The notes under the pieces: generated by a model
What the model was told of the DNA's origin: nothing
The model's database searches: none
The model's input: only the letters and a program-made list of their open reading frames with translations
NCBI GenBank assembly: GCA_963667705.1
Contig: OY763937.1
Coordinates: forward strand, 288,559-352,558
Origin: Alphaproteobacteria bacterium
GTDB lineage: Bacteria; Pseudomonadota; Alphaproteobacteria; UBA828
DNA: 64,000 nucleotides
Reading direction: 5' to 3'
Program-made: the position numbers and the translations under genes
In this document: positions 29,321-45,204 of the stretch, in pieces
Position numbering within the stretch: position 1 is the first letter of the stretch
Layout: each line of letters begins with the position of its first letter

Positions 29321-31501
29321 ATGAACGCGCCCGCGAGCGCCGAGCGCCGCTACCGCACCCGCGGCGGTGTCACCATCCACCGCAACGACCGCGAGGCGGC
29401 GGTGGGGCGGGAGGCCGCGGCCCTGGCCGAGCGGCTGGACCGCCACCCCGGCGTCTTCATGTCGTCCTGCTTCGAGTTCCCCGGCCGCTACACGCGCTGG
29501 GACCTGGGCTTCGCCGCCCCGCCCCTCGTCATCACCTGCCGCGGGCGCGACTTCGAGGTCGCCGCGCTGGAGCCGCGGGGCGAGGTGCTGATCGCGCCCA
29601 TCCGCGCTGCGATCGAGCCGCTGCCCGCGGTCGCCGCGCTGGAGGCGGCGCCCGCCCGTCTCGCCGGGCGCATCCACCCGCCGACCGAGATCGTGCCGGA
29701 GGAGCAGCGCAGCCGCCAGCCCTCGATCTTCAGCGTGCTGCGCGCGGTCATCGACCTCTTCGGCAACGACGAGGACCAGCACTTCGGCCTCTACGGCGCC
29801 TTCGGCTACGACCTCGCGCATCAGTTCGAGCCGGTCGACCTGCGCCTTGAGCGGGCGCCCGATCAGCGCGACCTGGTGCTCTTTGTGCCCGACGAGATCC
29901 TGGTGATCGACCACATGTCGGACCGCGCCGTCTGGCACCGCTACGACTTCGTCACCGCCTCGGGCGACACGCGTGCCATGCCCCGTGCGCCGCGCGAGGA
30001 CCCCTACAGGCCGGCACCGGCAGGCAGCGAGCCGCCCGGCAACGATCACCTGCCGGGCGAGTATCCGGCCACGGTGGAGCGCGCTAGGCAGGCCTTCATG
30101 CGGGGCGACCTCTTCGAGGTGGTGATGAGCCAGCTCTTCAGCGAGGCCTGCGCCGATGCGCCATCGGAGGTGTTCGACCGCCTGCGCACCCTCAACCCCG
30201 CGCCCTACTGCGCGCTGATGAACCTCGGCGACGGCGAGTTCCTGGTCGCCGCCTCGCCCGAGATGTACGTGCGCGTCGAGGGCCGCCGCGTCGAGACCTG
30301 CCCGATCTCCGGCACCATCGCGCGCGGCAAGGACGCGCTGGGCGATGCCGCGCAGATCGCCAAGCTCCTCAACTCGGCCAAGGACGAGGCCGAGCTCACC
30401 ATGTGCACCGACGTCGACCGCAACGACAAGTCGCGCATCTGCGAGCCGGGCTCGGTGCGGGTGATCGGGCGGCGCCAGGTGGAGCTCTACTCGCGCCTGA
30501 TCCACACCGTGGACCACGTGGAGGGGATCCTGCGCCCCGAGTTCGACGCGCTCGACGCCTTCCTCAGCCACACCTGGGCGGTGACCGTGACCGGCGCGCC
30601 CAAGCACTGGGCGATCCGCTTCATCGAGGACAACGAGCGCTCGGCGCGGCGCTGGTATGGCGGCGCCATCGGCCGCATCGGCTTCGACGGGGCGATGAAC
30701 ACAGGCCTCACGCTGCGCACCGTCCGCATGAAGGCCGGTGTCGCCGAGATCAGGGCCGGTGCCACGCTGCTCTACGACAGCGATCCGGAGGCCGAGGACG
30801 AGGAATGCCGCCTCAAGGCCTCGGCCCTCTTCGCCGCGGTGGGGGCGGAGCAGGCGGCGCCGCCGGTCCGCGCAACGCCCGCCCGGCCGGGGGCGCATGC
30901 GCGGGTGCTGCTGGTGGACCACGAGGATTCCTTCGTCCACACGCTCGCCAACTACCTGCGCCAGACCGGGGCCGAGGTCGAGACGCTCAGGCCCCGGCCC
31001 GCGCGCCGGGCGCTGGAGAGGGAAACCCCCGACCTGGTGGTGCTCTCGCCGGGCCCGGGCCGACCCGAGGACTTCGGCACCGCCGAGACCATCGCGCGCG
31101 TGCTGGAGAAGGACGTGCCCCTCTTCGGCGTCTGCCTCGGGCTCCAGGCCGTCGCCGAGTACTTCGGCGGCCGGCTCGACCAGCTGGATGAGCCCGTGCA
31201 CGGCAAGCCGTCGGAGGTCACGGTGTTGGGCGGCGCGCTCTTCCGCGGCCTGCCCGGACGCTTCCGCGTCGGGCGCTACCACTCGCTCTACGCCCGGCGC
31301 GTCTCGCTGCCCGACGACCTGCTCACGGTGACGGCGGAGACCGACGACGGCGTCGTCATGGCGCTGGAACATCGCGCCAGGCCGATCGCCGCGGTGCAGT
31401 TCCACCCGGAATCGATCCTCTCGCTCGACGACAACATCGGCATGCGGCTGATCGACAACATGATGGCCACGCTCATCGGAGAGGCACGGGGCGAAGGCTG
31501 A
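29321..31501 (+). CDS. trpE: Anthranilate synthase, fused components I and II
   Basis: CPISGT, ELTMCTDVDRND, TGAPK; glutamine amidotransferase motifs DHEDSF, GVCLG and QFHPES. Confidence 0.95.
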   Translation: MNAPASAERRYRTRGGVTIHRNDREAAVGREAAALAERLDRHPGVFMSSCFEFPGRYTRWDLGFAAPPLVITCRGRDFEVAALEPRGEVLIAPIRAAIEPLPAVAALEAAPARLAGRIHPPTEIVPEEQRSRQPSIFSVLRAVIDLFGNDEDQHFGLYGAFGYDLAHQFEPVDLRLERAPDQRDLVLFVPDEILVIDHMSDRAVWHRYDFVTASGDTRAMPRAPREDPYRPAPAGSEPPGNDHLPGEYPATVERARQAFMRGDLFEVVMSQLFSEACADAPSEVFDRLRTLNPAPYCALMNLGDGEFLVAASPEMYVRVEGRRVETCPISGTIARGKDALGDAAQIAKLLNSAKDEAELTMCTDVDRNDKSRICEPGSVRVIGRRQVELYSRLIHTVDHVEGILRPEFDALDAFLSHTWAVTVTGAPKHWAIRFIEDNERSARRWYGGAIGRIGFDGAMNTGLTLRTVRMKAGVAEIRAGATLLYDSDPEAEDEECRLKASALFAAVGAEQAAPPVRATPARPGAHARVLLVDHEDSFVHTLANYLRQTGAEVETLRPRPARRALERETPDLVVLSPGPGRPEDFGTAETIARVLEKDVPLFGVCLGLQAVAEYFGGRLDQLDEPVHGKPSEVTVLGGALFRGLPGRFRVGRYHSLYARRVSLPDDLLTVTAETDDGVVMALEHRARPIAAVQFHPESILSLDDNIGMRLIDNMMATLIGEARGEG

Positions 31502-31517
31502 TCCGGGCGGGTGCGCT

Positions 31518-32258
31518 CTAAAGGCTCAGGCCGCCGTCGATCACCAGCGTCTGGCCGGTGGTAAAGGCCGCCTCGTCCGACGCGAGATAGACGCAGAGCG
31601 CCGCGATCTCCGAGGGCGATCCGATCCGGCCGACCGGGTGGCGCGCGGTGAAGGCCGCGCGTGCGGCGTCGGAGCCGGGCAGCGCGCTGAAGCGCTCGTT
31701 GAAGGAGGGAGTCTCCACCGCGCCGGGGCAGAGCGCGTTGCAGCGGATGCCATGCGCGGCATAGTCCAGCGCCACCGACTTGCTGAGGCCGATGACGGCG
31801 GCCTTGCTGGTCGCGTAAGCGCAGCGGTCCGGCGCGGCGCTCAACGACGAGACCACCGAAGCCATGTTGATGATCGAGCCGCCGCCCGCGGCCAGCATCG
31901 CCGGCAGGAAGGCGCGGATCATGCGGTACATGGCGGTGACGTTGAGGCGCAGCGTCTCCTCCCAGTCCGCCGGTTCGCAGTCGAGGAGCGCGCCCTGGGG
32001 CACGCGGCCGGCGCAGTTGAAGAGCACGTCGAGCGCGCCGATCTCGGCCGCCGCAGCCTCCACCGCGCCCGGATCGCGCACGTCGAGCGCGCGGCAGGTG
32101 ACGCCCTCCAGCGCTGCCAGGCCCGCGAGCTTGTCCTCGTCGATGTCGGTCGCCCAGAGCCGCACGCCCTCCCTGTGGAAGGCCTGCGCCGTAGCGTGGC
32201 CGATGCCCTGACCCGCCGCGGTGATCAGCGCGGTCTTGCCCGCGAGCCTGCCGCTCAT
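31518..32258 (-). CDS. SDR oxidoreductase (BDH2 / keto-deoxy-fuconate dehydrogenase-like)
   Basis: TAAGQGIG, FNCAG, YATSK, CPGAVETPS. Confidence 0.85.
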   Translation of the reverse strand: MSGRLAGKTALITAAGQGIGHATAQAFHREGVRLWATDIDEDKLAGLAALEGVTCRALDVRDPGAVEAAAAEIGALDVLFNCAGRVPQGALLDCEPADWEETLRLNVTAMYRMIRAFLPAMLAAGGGSIINMASVVSSLSAAPDRCAYATSKAAVIGLSKSVALDYAAHGIRCNALCPGAVETPSFNERFSALPGSDAARAAFTARHPVGRIGSPSEIAALCVYLASDEAAFTTGQTLVIDGGLSL

Positions 32259-32261
32259 CGC

Positions 32262-33059
32262 TCATCGCCCGGTGAAGGCGGCCGGGCGCTTCTCGACGAA
32301 GGCCCTCACCCCCTCGGCGAAGTCCTCGCTCGCCGCGCAGTCGGCGAACATCTCGCCCTCCATCTGGAGCTGATCCTCGAGGGAGGCGTGGCCGGAGGCG
32401 CGGAGCAGCCGCTTGGTGTTGGCAAGGGCCAGGGCAGGGCCCGCGGCGAGGCGCCGGGCCAGCGCCTCGGTCTCCTCCTCCAGCCGGTGCGGCGAGACGA
32501 CGCGGTTGACGATGCCGAGCCGCTCCGCCTCGCGTGCGCCGAAGCGATCGCCCAGCAGCGCCAGCTCCATCGCCTTCTTCGCCCCCACCGTGCGCGGCAG
32601 GAACCAGGTCGACGAGCCGTCGGGGCTGGTGCCGAGGCGGCAGTAGGCCATGGTGAAGACAGTGTCGGCGGCACAGAGCGCGAGGTCGCAGGCAAGCACG
32701 AGGCTGAGGCCGAAGCCGCCGGCGGCGCCGTCGACCTTGGCGATGACCGGCTGCGGCATGCGCCGCATGATGCGGATGATCGCGTGGACCCGGTCGATCA
32801 TCGACTCGAAATGGCGCCGGCGCTGGTCCGGTTCGAGCCCCACCACCTCGTGGAAGACGCGGATGTCGCCGCCCGCCATGAAGCGGCCGTCCGCGCCCTG
32901 CAGCACCAGCACGCGCGTCTCGCGCTCGCGTTCGACGGCCGCGAGCGTGGCCACCATCGCGTCGCAGAGCTCGTCGTTGAGCGCGTTCAGCACCTCCGGC
33001 CGGTTCAGCGTCATCCGAGCGATGCCGCCCTCGCGCTCTATCAGCACCGTGTCGCTCAT
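32262..33059 (-). CDS. Enoyl-CoA hydratase/isomerase family protein
   Basis: LNRPEVLNAL, FMAGGD, AGGFG, PDG, EGVRAFVEKR. Confidence 0.9.
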   Translation of the reverse strand: MSDTVLIEREGGIARMTLNRPEVLNALNDELCDAMVATLAAVERERETRVLVLQGADGRFMAGGDIRVFHEVVGLEPDQRRRHFESMIDRVHAIIRIMRRMPQPVIAKVDGAAGGFGLSLVLACDLALCAADTVFTMAYCRLGTSPDGSSTWFLPRTVGAKKAMELALLGDRFGAREAERLGIVNRVVSPHRLEEETEALARRLAAGPALALANTKRLLRASGHASLEDQLQMEGEMFADCAASEDFAEGVRAFVEKRPAAFTGR

Positions 33060-33157
33060 GTCGCATGTCTCCTGTTTTCGCCGTGTGCGCCTCCTACCAT
33101 CTGGCGGCGCCGTGGGCGAGACTGTCGCGCAGGAAACCCCCACGGAGGAGAGCAGCG

Positions 33158-33565
33158 ATGGCCGATAACGCGGTGCGCATCAAGACCGACCCCGATCCCT
33201 ACGAGGCCTTCAGGCTGGCGCAGGCCTATCGCGTCGGCGACCTCATCTTCGTCTCCGGCCAGGCCGCCATCGACCTCGACGGCAGCATCGTCGGCGCCGG
33301 CAATTTCGACGCCCAGGCGGAGCAGACCTTCAGGAACCTGGCGGCGGTGCTGGAGGCCGGCGGCTCGAACCTTTCGAAGGTCGTCAAGGTAACCATCTTC
33401 CTCAAGGACATGGGCAATTTCGGCAAGATCGTGAGCTTGCGGGAGAAGCACTTCACGCCGCCCTACCCGGCGGACACCATCGTGGAGATCACCTCGCTGG
33501 CGCTGCCCGAGCTCGAGCTCGAGATCGAGGCGATCGCCATGGTCGAGGGCGAGATCGTAGGCTGA
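33158..33565 (+). CDS. Rid (YjgF/UK114) family protein
   Basis: FVSGQ, AQAEQTFRNL, LEIEAIA; GGAGGAG RBS. Confidence 0.88.
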   Translation: MADNAVRIKTDPDPYEAFRLAQAYRVGDLIFVSGQAAIDLDGSIVGAGNFDAQAEQTFRNLAAVLEAGGSNLSKVVKVTIFLKDMGNFGKIVSLREKHFTPPYPADTIVEITSLALPELELEIEAIAMVEGEIVG

Positions 33566-33680
33566 TTGCACCCGCAGACGCGCCCGTCCGCCCCGGTTGC
33601 ACGGGCCGACGCGATAGCCGGGGCGGGCGGCAGGGTGCTATAACGGCGCCCCCTCGATCCTCGCCCGACGGGACGGCCCC

Positions 33681-34849
33681 ATGAACCTCCACGAGTATCA
33701 GGCCAAGCAGGTGCTGGCGGGCTTCGGCGTGCCGGTGCCGCGCGGCGTGCCCGTGCTCGCGCCCGACGAGGTGGAGGCCGCCGTCGACGAACTGGGCGGC
33801 CCGGTCTGGGTGGTGAAGGCGCAAATCCACGCCGGCGGACGCGGCAAGGCCGGCGGCGTCAAGGTGTGCACCAGCCGCGGCGAGGCGGTGGAGACCGCGC
33901 GTGCCATGTTCGGCCGTGTGCTCGTCACGCACCAGACCGGTCCCGCAGGCCGCGCGGTGCGCCGCGTCTATCTGGAGGAAGGCGCGGCCATCGCGCATGA
34001 GTACTATCTCGGCGCCGTGGTGGACCGGGAGAGCGGGCGTGTCGCGCTCATGGCGTCGCGCCAGGGCGGCGTCGATATCGAGGAGGTGGCGGCGCGGAGC
34101 CCGGAGGCCATCGTCACGGTGACCGTCGATCCCGCGAGCGGCTTCCAGCCCCACCACGGGCACGGACTGGCCTTCGGCCTCGGGCTGACGGGCGCGGCGG
34201 CGAAGGCGGCGGGCACGCTCGCCCGCGCCGTCCACGACGCGGTCCTGGGCTGCGATGCGACCCTGGTCGAGATCAACCCGCTGATCGAGACGGAGGACGG
34301 CGCGCTCGTGGCCCTCGACGCCAAGGTCGGCATCGACGACAACGCGCTCTTCCGCCGCAAGGACATCGCGGCGCTGCGCGACCCGGACGAGGAGGACCCG
34401 GCGGAGCGCGCGGCGGCCGAGCACGGGCTCAGCTACGTCAAGCTCGACGGCAACATCGGCTGCATGGTGAACGGCGCGGGCCTCGCCATGGCGACCATGG
34501 ACATCATCAAGCTGCACGGTGCCGAGCCCGCCAACTTCCTCGACGTCGGCGGCGGCGCCAGCCGCGAGAAGGTGACGGAAGCCTTCAAGATCATCCTCTC
34601 CGACGCCAACGTGCGCGGCATCCTGGTCAACATCTTCGGCGGCATCATGCGCTGCGACGTGATCGCCGAAGGCATCGTCGCCGCGGCCCGCGAGGTGAAG
34701 CTGGAGCTGCCCCTCGTGGTCCGGCTCGAGGGCACCAACGTGGAGAAGGGCAAGGCGATCCTTGCGGGCGCGGGCATCGACCTGATCGCGGCCGACGACC
34801 TCGGCGATGCCGCGGCCAAGGTGGTCCAGGCCGTCGGGCGGGCGGGCTG

Positions 34850-34850
<1 letters not shown>
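33681..34850 (+). CDS. sucC: Succinyl-CoA synthetase beta subunit
   Basis: [36 protein letters not shown]. Confidence 0.97.
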
Positions 34851-38621
<3,771 letters not shown>

Positions 38622-38625
<4 letters not shown>

Positions 38626-39992
38626 CCATCGACATCACCGTTCCCGCCCTCGGGGAATCGGTCACCGAGGCGACCGTCACCCGCTGGCTCAAGGCCGAGG
38701 GCGACGCGGTCGCGCCCGACGAGACGCTGGTGGAGCTGGAGACCGACAAGATCGCGGTCGAGGTCAAGGCCAAGGCCGCCGGCACCCTCGCCGAGATCGC
38801 CGCCGGCGAGGGTACGGACGTCGAGGTGGGCGCGCTGCTCGGCCGGCTCGCGCCCGGTGACGCCGGTGCCTCCGCTGCCGCGACCGAGCCGGAAGCGCCG
38901 CCTGCGCCTGACCCCGTGCCCGCGGCGGCACCCGCGAGAGAGAGGGTTTCGTTGCGTCGTCGGACGCCGCCGCCGTCGCCCGCCGTGCGCCGCCTGCTCG
39001 ACGAGCATGGCCTGGATGCGACCGCGATCAGGGGCAGCGGCAAGGGCGGGCGCCTGCTGAAGAGCGACGTGCTCGCCGCCGTGGTGGCGCGCGCCGCTCC
39101 CGTTGCTGCGCCTCAGGCTGAGCACTCGCCGGAACCTGAACCCGAAGCTGCGCTGCCCGAAGCTCCGCCACCCGCTGCCGACGCAACTACCGCGCGCGGG
39201 ACGGTTCCCGCTCGCGACTCTTCCGATGCGCGCGAGACGGTTCCCGCTCGCGCGACTCCCGCGCCCGCGACGCTGCGCGCGCGGGCGACTGACGCGCGGG
39301 AGGAGCGGGTGCCCATGAGCCGCCTGCGCCGCCGCGCCGCCGAACGGCTCAAGCTCGCGCTCGACACGGCGGCGATGCTCACCACCTTCAACGAGGTGGA
39401 CATGAGCGCGGTCCAGGCGCTCCGCGCCGCGCACGGCGAGGCCTTCGAGCAGCGCCACGGCGTCCGCCTCGGCTTCATGTCCTTCTTCGTGCACGCGGCC
39501 GTCGCCGCCCTGGTCGAGTACCCCGCGGTCAACGCGCAGATCGAGGGCGACGAGATCGTCTACAAGCACTACCACGACATCGGCGTCGCGGTGAGCGCGC
39601 CGCAGGGCCTGGTGGTGCCGGTGCTGAGGGACGCCGGCGCGATGAGCTTTGCCGAGGTGGAGCAGGCGGTCCGCGCCTACGCCCTCAAGGCGCGCGAGGG
39701 CAAGCTCGCGCTGGACGACCTGCTGGGCGGCACCTTCACCATCTCCAACGGCGGGGTCTTCGGCTCGCTCATGTCGACGCCGATCATCAATCCGCCGCAG
39801 TCCGCGATCCTCGGCATGCACAAGGTGCAGGAGCGTCCGGTCGCGGTCGACGGCGAAGTGGAAATCCGGCCGATGATGTATCTTGCGCTGAGCTACGATC
39901 ACCGCATCATCGACGGCCGCGAAGCGGTCGGCTTCCTGGTGCGGATCAAGGACTGCATCGAGGACCCGCAGCGCATCCTGCTTGACCTCTGA
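38622..39992 (+). CDS. sucB: Dihydrolipoyl succinyltransferase E2
   Basis: Lipoyl motif LETDK, E3-binding SPAVRRL...GSGKGGR and catalytic YDHRIIDG. Confidence 0.96.
39192..39256 (+). repeat. 36-bp-period tandem duplication in the sucB linker
   Basis: GCGCGCG(G/A)GACGGTTCCCGCTCGCGACTC at 39192 and 39228, 28 of 29 bases identical. Confidence 0.85.
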
Positions 39993-40018
39993 GGGCGAGA
40001 TCATCGGCCGGAGCCGCC

Positions 40019-41422
<1,404 letters not shown>

Positions 41423-41435
41423 GCGGGGCAGGACC

Positions 41436-43808
41436 ATGAACACCGGCGCACCGGCCGCCACGATGCGGCGCATCAGCGAGATGACGGAGACGCACTTCGA
41501 CGGCGTGAGCAAGCCCTACGTGCCGCCGGCGGAACTCTCGATCTCCGACAAGCTCACGCTGCACCGTGAGTGGGAGAGCGACATCGACCCGGTCACCTAC
41601 GAGGTGATCCGCCACAACCTCTGGAACATCAACGAGGAGCACGGTGCCACCATCCAGCGCATCTCGGGCTCGCCGGTGGCGATCTACGCGCTCGACCTCA
41701 ATCCCTCGATCCTCACCGAGGACGCCGAGTTCGTCTATTTCGGCCCCTACATGCAGTACATGTCGGGCGTCACCGACACGCAGGTGAAGTGGATCCTGGA
41801 GCACCGCAGCGACAATCCCGGCATCGCCGAGGGCGACATGTTCCTCGCCAACGACCCCTGGGTGGGGGCCGCGCACCAGATGGACGTGATGGTGATCTGC
41901 CCGGTGTTCTGGGAGGGCGAGCTCTTCTGCTGGATCACCAACTGCCTGCACCAGTACGACATCGGCGGCATCACGCCGGGCAGCTTCTGTCCCGCCGCCG
42001 AGAGCGCCTTCGACGAGGGGATTCTGATCCCGCCGGTGAAGATCGTCGAGAACGACGTGGTACGCCGCGACATCGAGGAGCTCTACCTGCGCTCATCGCG
42101 CAAGCCGGAGATGGTGGCGCTCGACTTCCGCGCCCAGCTCGCCGGCAACATGAGCGCGCGCGAGCGCCTGCTGCAGCTGGTCCGCCGCTACGGGCCGCGC
42201 ACGGTCAAGGGCGTGATGAAGCGCATCATCGACAATGCGGAGACCGCTTTCCTCGCCAAGCTGGAGCGCCTCCCCGACGGCGCGTGGAGCGACCGCACCT
42301 ACGTCGAGGCCTGCCGCCCGGGCGACCGCCGCACCCACCGCGTGCAGATCACCGTCACCAAGCAGGGCAACCGGCTGATCTTCGACAACGACGGCACCGC
42401 GCCGCAGGACGGCGCCATGAACGCCACCTATTCCGGCTGGCGCGGCTCGGTCATGGTGGCGATCAACGAGCTGCTGGCGTGGGACCAGTACTTCGCGGTG
42501 GGCGGCGCGCTCAGGCACATCGACTTCGACCCCACCGCGGGCACGCTCAACTGCGCCGACTTCCCGGCCAGCGTGTCCACCGCGCCCACCCAGTCGATGG
42601 AGATCTCGCTCTACCCCGCCTATAACGCGATCTCCAAGATGCTCTATTCGGACGAGACGCTGCGCGGCGACATCATGGGCATCGGCGGCACCAGCCAGTG
42701 GCCGGCGACGCTCTTCCGCGGCATCGACCAGTGGGGCGAGCGCTACGGCTACCTGCTGATCGACCCCATCGGCGGCTCCATCGGCGCCTTCGCGCACGGC
42801 GACGGCATCAACACTGGCGGCCAGGCGCGCACGCCAATCTGCCAGCTCCCCAACGTGGAGCACAACGAGCAGAACTTCCCGCTGCTGGTCCTCTACCGCA
42901 AGGAGCTGCCGGATTCCGGCGGCGCCGGCAGGCATCGCGGCGGGCTCTCCGCCGAGACCTGCTTCATCCCCCACAACACCGAGCGCATCACCCAGGACAC
43001 GCTGTCGTCGGGCAACGCGACGCCGACGTCCACCGGCATGATGGGGGGATATCCGTCCACCACCAACGCCTACCAGTTCATCCGCGAGAGCGACATCCTG
43101 GAGCGCATGGCCGAGAGCCGCATGGTGGAGGATCATTCCGAGGTGTCCGGCCGGCCCGAGCACCTGGAGCTCAGGCAGGAGAACTTCGACCAGAACCCGG
43201 CGGACGTCTACGCCGTGCGCTGGTCGGGCGGCGGCGGCTTCGGCGATCCCATGCGGCGCGACCCGGCCAAGATCCAGCACGACCTCCTGCACCGCAACAT
43301 TACGGCGGAGGCCGCGCGGACGATCTTCGGCGCCGTGCTGGCCGAGGACGAGATCACCGTCGATGCCGAGGCCACGCGGGAGAATCGCGCCGCCATCCTG
43401 GCGGAGCGCCTGGCCCGGCTCGGCAACGGCGCGCCGCCGCCGGCCAAGCGCGAGGGCGGCATCCGGCTGCACGCAACGGACGCGCTCGACGTGCGCGAGG
43501 ACGAGGCCGGCGCCTACTGGGCCTGCGGCGCGTGCGGCACCTCCCTCGGCCCGGTCGACGGCAACTACAAGATCGCCTGTCTCAAGGACGTGCGGCCGGT
43601 CTCGGACTCCAACCCGCTGATCGGCGACCCCGCCCTCTTCGTCGACGACGCGGTGGAGTTCCGCCTCTTCTGCTGCCCCGGCTGCGGCGCGCAGATCGAG
43701 AACGAGATCGCCGTCGCCACCGACCCGATCCTGCGGGACATTTCGATTGCGCTCGCGACCGTTTCCGGCGCGAGCGACATCTCGATCATGCGCGCCCCCG
43801 ATGACTGA
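41436..43808 (+). CDS. Hydantoinase B/oxoprolinase subunit with a fused C-terminal acetone-carboxylase-gamma-like Zn domain
   Basis: DPVTYEVI, NDPW...H..D, HQYDIGG, DSGGAGRHRGG, GGGGFGDP; C-terminal CGACG...CCPGCG. Confidence 0.85.
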   Translation: MNTGAPAATMRRISEMTETHFDGVSKPYVPPAELSISDKLTLHREWESDIDPVTYEVIRHNLWNINEEHGATIQRISGSPVAIYALDLNPSILTEDAEFVYFGPYMQYMSGVTDTQVKWILEHRSDNPGIAEGDMFLANDPWVGAAHQMDVMVICPVFWEGELFCWITNCLHQYDIGGITPGSFCPAAESAFDEGILIPPVKIVENDVVRRDIEELYLRSSRKPEMVALDFRAQLAGNMSARERLLQLVRRYGPRTVKGVMKRIIDNAETAFLAKLERLPDGAWSDRTYVEACRPGDRRTHRVQITVTKQGNRLIFDNDGTAPQDGAMNATYSGWRGSVMVAINELLAWDQYFAVGGALRHIDFDPTAGTLNCADFPASVSTAPTQSMEISLYPAYNAISKMLYSDETLRGDIMGIGGTSQWPATLFRGIDQWGERYGYLLIDPIGGSIGAFAHGDGINTGGQARTPICQLPNVEHNEQNFPLLVLYRKELPDSGGAGRHRGGLSAETCFIPHNTERITQDTLSSGNATPTSTGMMGGYPSTTNAYQFIRESDILERMAESRMVEDHSEVSGRPEHLELRQENFDQNPADVYAVRWSGGGGFGDPMRRDPAKIQHDLLHRNITAEAARTIFGAVLAEDEITVDAEATRENRAAILAERLARLGNGAPPPAKREGGIRLHATDALDVREDEAGAYWACGACGTSLGPVDGNYKIACLKDVRPVSDSNPLIGDPALFVDDAVEFRLFCCPGCGAQIENEIAVATDPILRDISIALATVSGASDISIMRAPDD

Positions 43809-45183
43809 CACCGCTCATACCCCCTCCAACGCCCACGCCGACTTGATGGCGCGGGACTCAGCCCGCGTCTTCGGCTGGCGCTACCAGCCGGCGATCCAGT
43901 TCGAGCGGGGCGAGGGGATCTGGCTCTACGACGTCGACGGCGAGCGCTACTACGACCTCACCGCCGGCATGATGTGCAACGTGCTGGGCCACTGCCACCC
44001 CGAGCTGGTGGAGGTCATGCGCGAGGAAGCCGGCAAGCTCTGGCACGAGAACTCGTGGTACTCGAACCCCCATCTCGTCCGCTTCGCCGAGCGCATCGCC
44101 TCCACGCTCCCCGAGGGGCTGGAGGTGGTGAACTTCGCCGTCACCGGCTCGGAGGCGAACGAGATCGCCATGCGCATGGCGCTCGGCGTCACCGGCAGGC
44201 ACGACATCCTCTCGGTGATCCGGGGCCTGCACGGCGGCAGCCTCGCGGTGGAATCGGTGACCACCATCGGCGGCGCCCGCAGGCGCCACCTGGGTCCGCT
44301 GCTCGCGCCCGCCAACGCGCCCGCGATCTACGCGCCCTTCTGCTACCGCTGCCCCATCAACCTGGAATACCCCGCCTGCGACGTGGCCTGCCTCGCAAGC
44401 TCGCGCGAGCTGATCGACCACGTCACCTCGGGCGACATCGCGGCCGTGCTGGCGGAGACCATGCTCGTCGCGGGCGGCATGGTGGTGCCGCCGCCGGAGT
44501 GGCTGCCCCGGCTCAAGAAGCTGGCGCAAGCCGAGGGCGCGCTGCTGGTGCTGGACGAGGCCCAGCTCGCGCCGGCCCGCACCGGCAGGCTCTGGGGCTT
44601 CCAGCACTACGACGTGGTGCCCGACATCGTCACCTTCGCCAAGGGCATGAGCGCAGGGCTTGCCATCTGCGGCGCGGTGACGACGCGCGAGATCGCGGAA
44701 GAGGCGCGCGGCAAGGCGGGACTCCCCTGGGCCGGCACCTACTCCGGCGATCCGCTGCCGGCGGCAGTCGCCGACAGGCAGCTCGAGATCGTGCTGCGCG
44801 ACAGGCTCGACGAGCGCGCGGCCGCCTCAGGCCGGGTGCTGCGCGCCGCGCTGGAGCGCCTGCGGGATGCGCACGACGTGATCGGCGACGTGCGCGGGCG
44901 GGGCCTCTACCAGATGCTCGACATCGTGAGCGACCGCGAGGCGCGCACGCCCGACCCCGCCATGGCCGAGCGCATCCGCCTCAACGCGGCGCTCGGCGGC
45001 GTGATCGTGATCTGCATCAAGAACTTCATCCGCATCTGCCCGCCGCTCACCGTGACCGAGGCGGAGATCGGCGCGTTTGCCGAGCGCCTCGATCACGCTA
45101 TCCGGCGGGCGCTGGACGGCCATCCCAGGGACGTCGATTTCCGCGCCACGAGCTCGCTGGCCATGGGCACCGCCGCTCCCTAG
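43801..45183 (+). CDS. Class III PLP aminotransferase
   Basis: LGHCHP, TGSEANE, LDEAQ, TFAKG (PLP lysine), GDVRGRG. Confidence 0.92.
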   Translation: MTDTAHTPSNAHADLMARDSARVFGWRYQPAIQFERGEGIWLYDVDGERYYDLTAGMMCNVLGHCHPELVEVMREEAGKLWHENSWYSNPHLVRFAERIASTLPEGLEVVNFAVTGSEANEIAMRMALGVTGRHDILSVIRGLHGGSLAVESVTTIGGARRRHLGPLLAPANAPAIYAPFCYRCPINLEYPACDVACLASSRELIDHVTSGDIAAVLAETMLVAGGMVVPPPEWLPRLKKLAQAEGALLVLDEAQLAPARTGRLWGFQHYDVVPDIVTFAKGMSAGLAICGAVTTREIAEEARGKAGLPWAGTYSGDPLPAAVADRQLEIVLRDRLDERAAASGRVLRAALERLRDAHDVIGDVRGRGLYQMLDIVSDREARTPDPAMAERIRLNAALGGVIVICIKNFIRICPPLTVTEAEIGAFAERLDHAIRRALDGHPRDVDFRATSSLAMGTAAP

Positions 45184-45204
45184 GCCGGCCGCAGGGAGGC
45201 CACC

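Noticed and set aside
27896-31405. Very long antisense or alternate-frame ORFs (this 1169-aa one; also 2157..4781, 11774..14269, 12046..14763, 18463..20922)
   Set aside because: They are Arg/Ala/Gly/Pro-rich shadows of well-supported genes, as expected at this GC content, and show no motifs.
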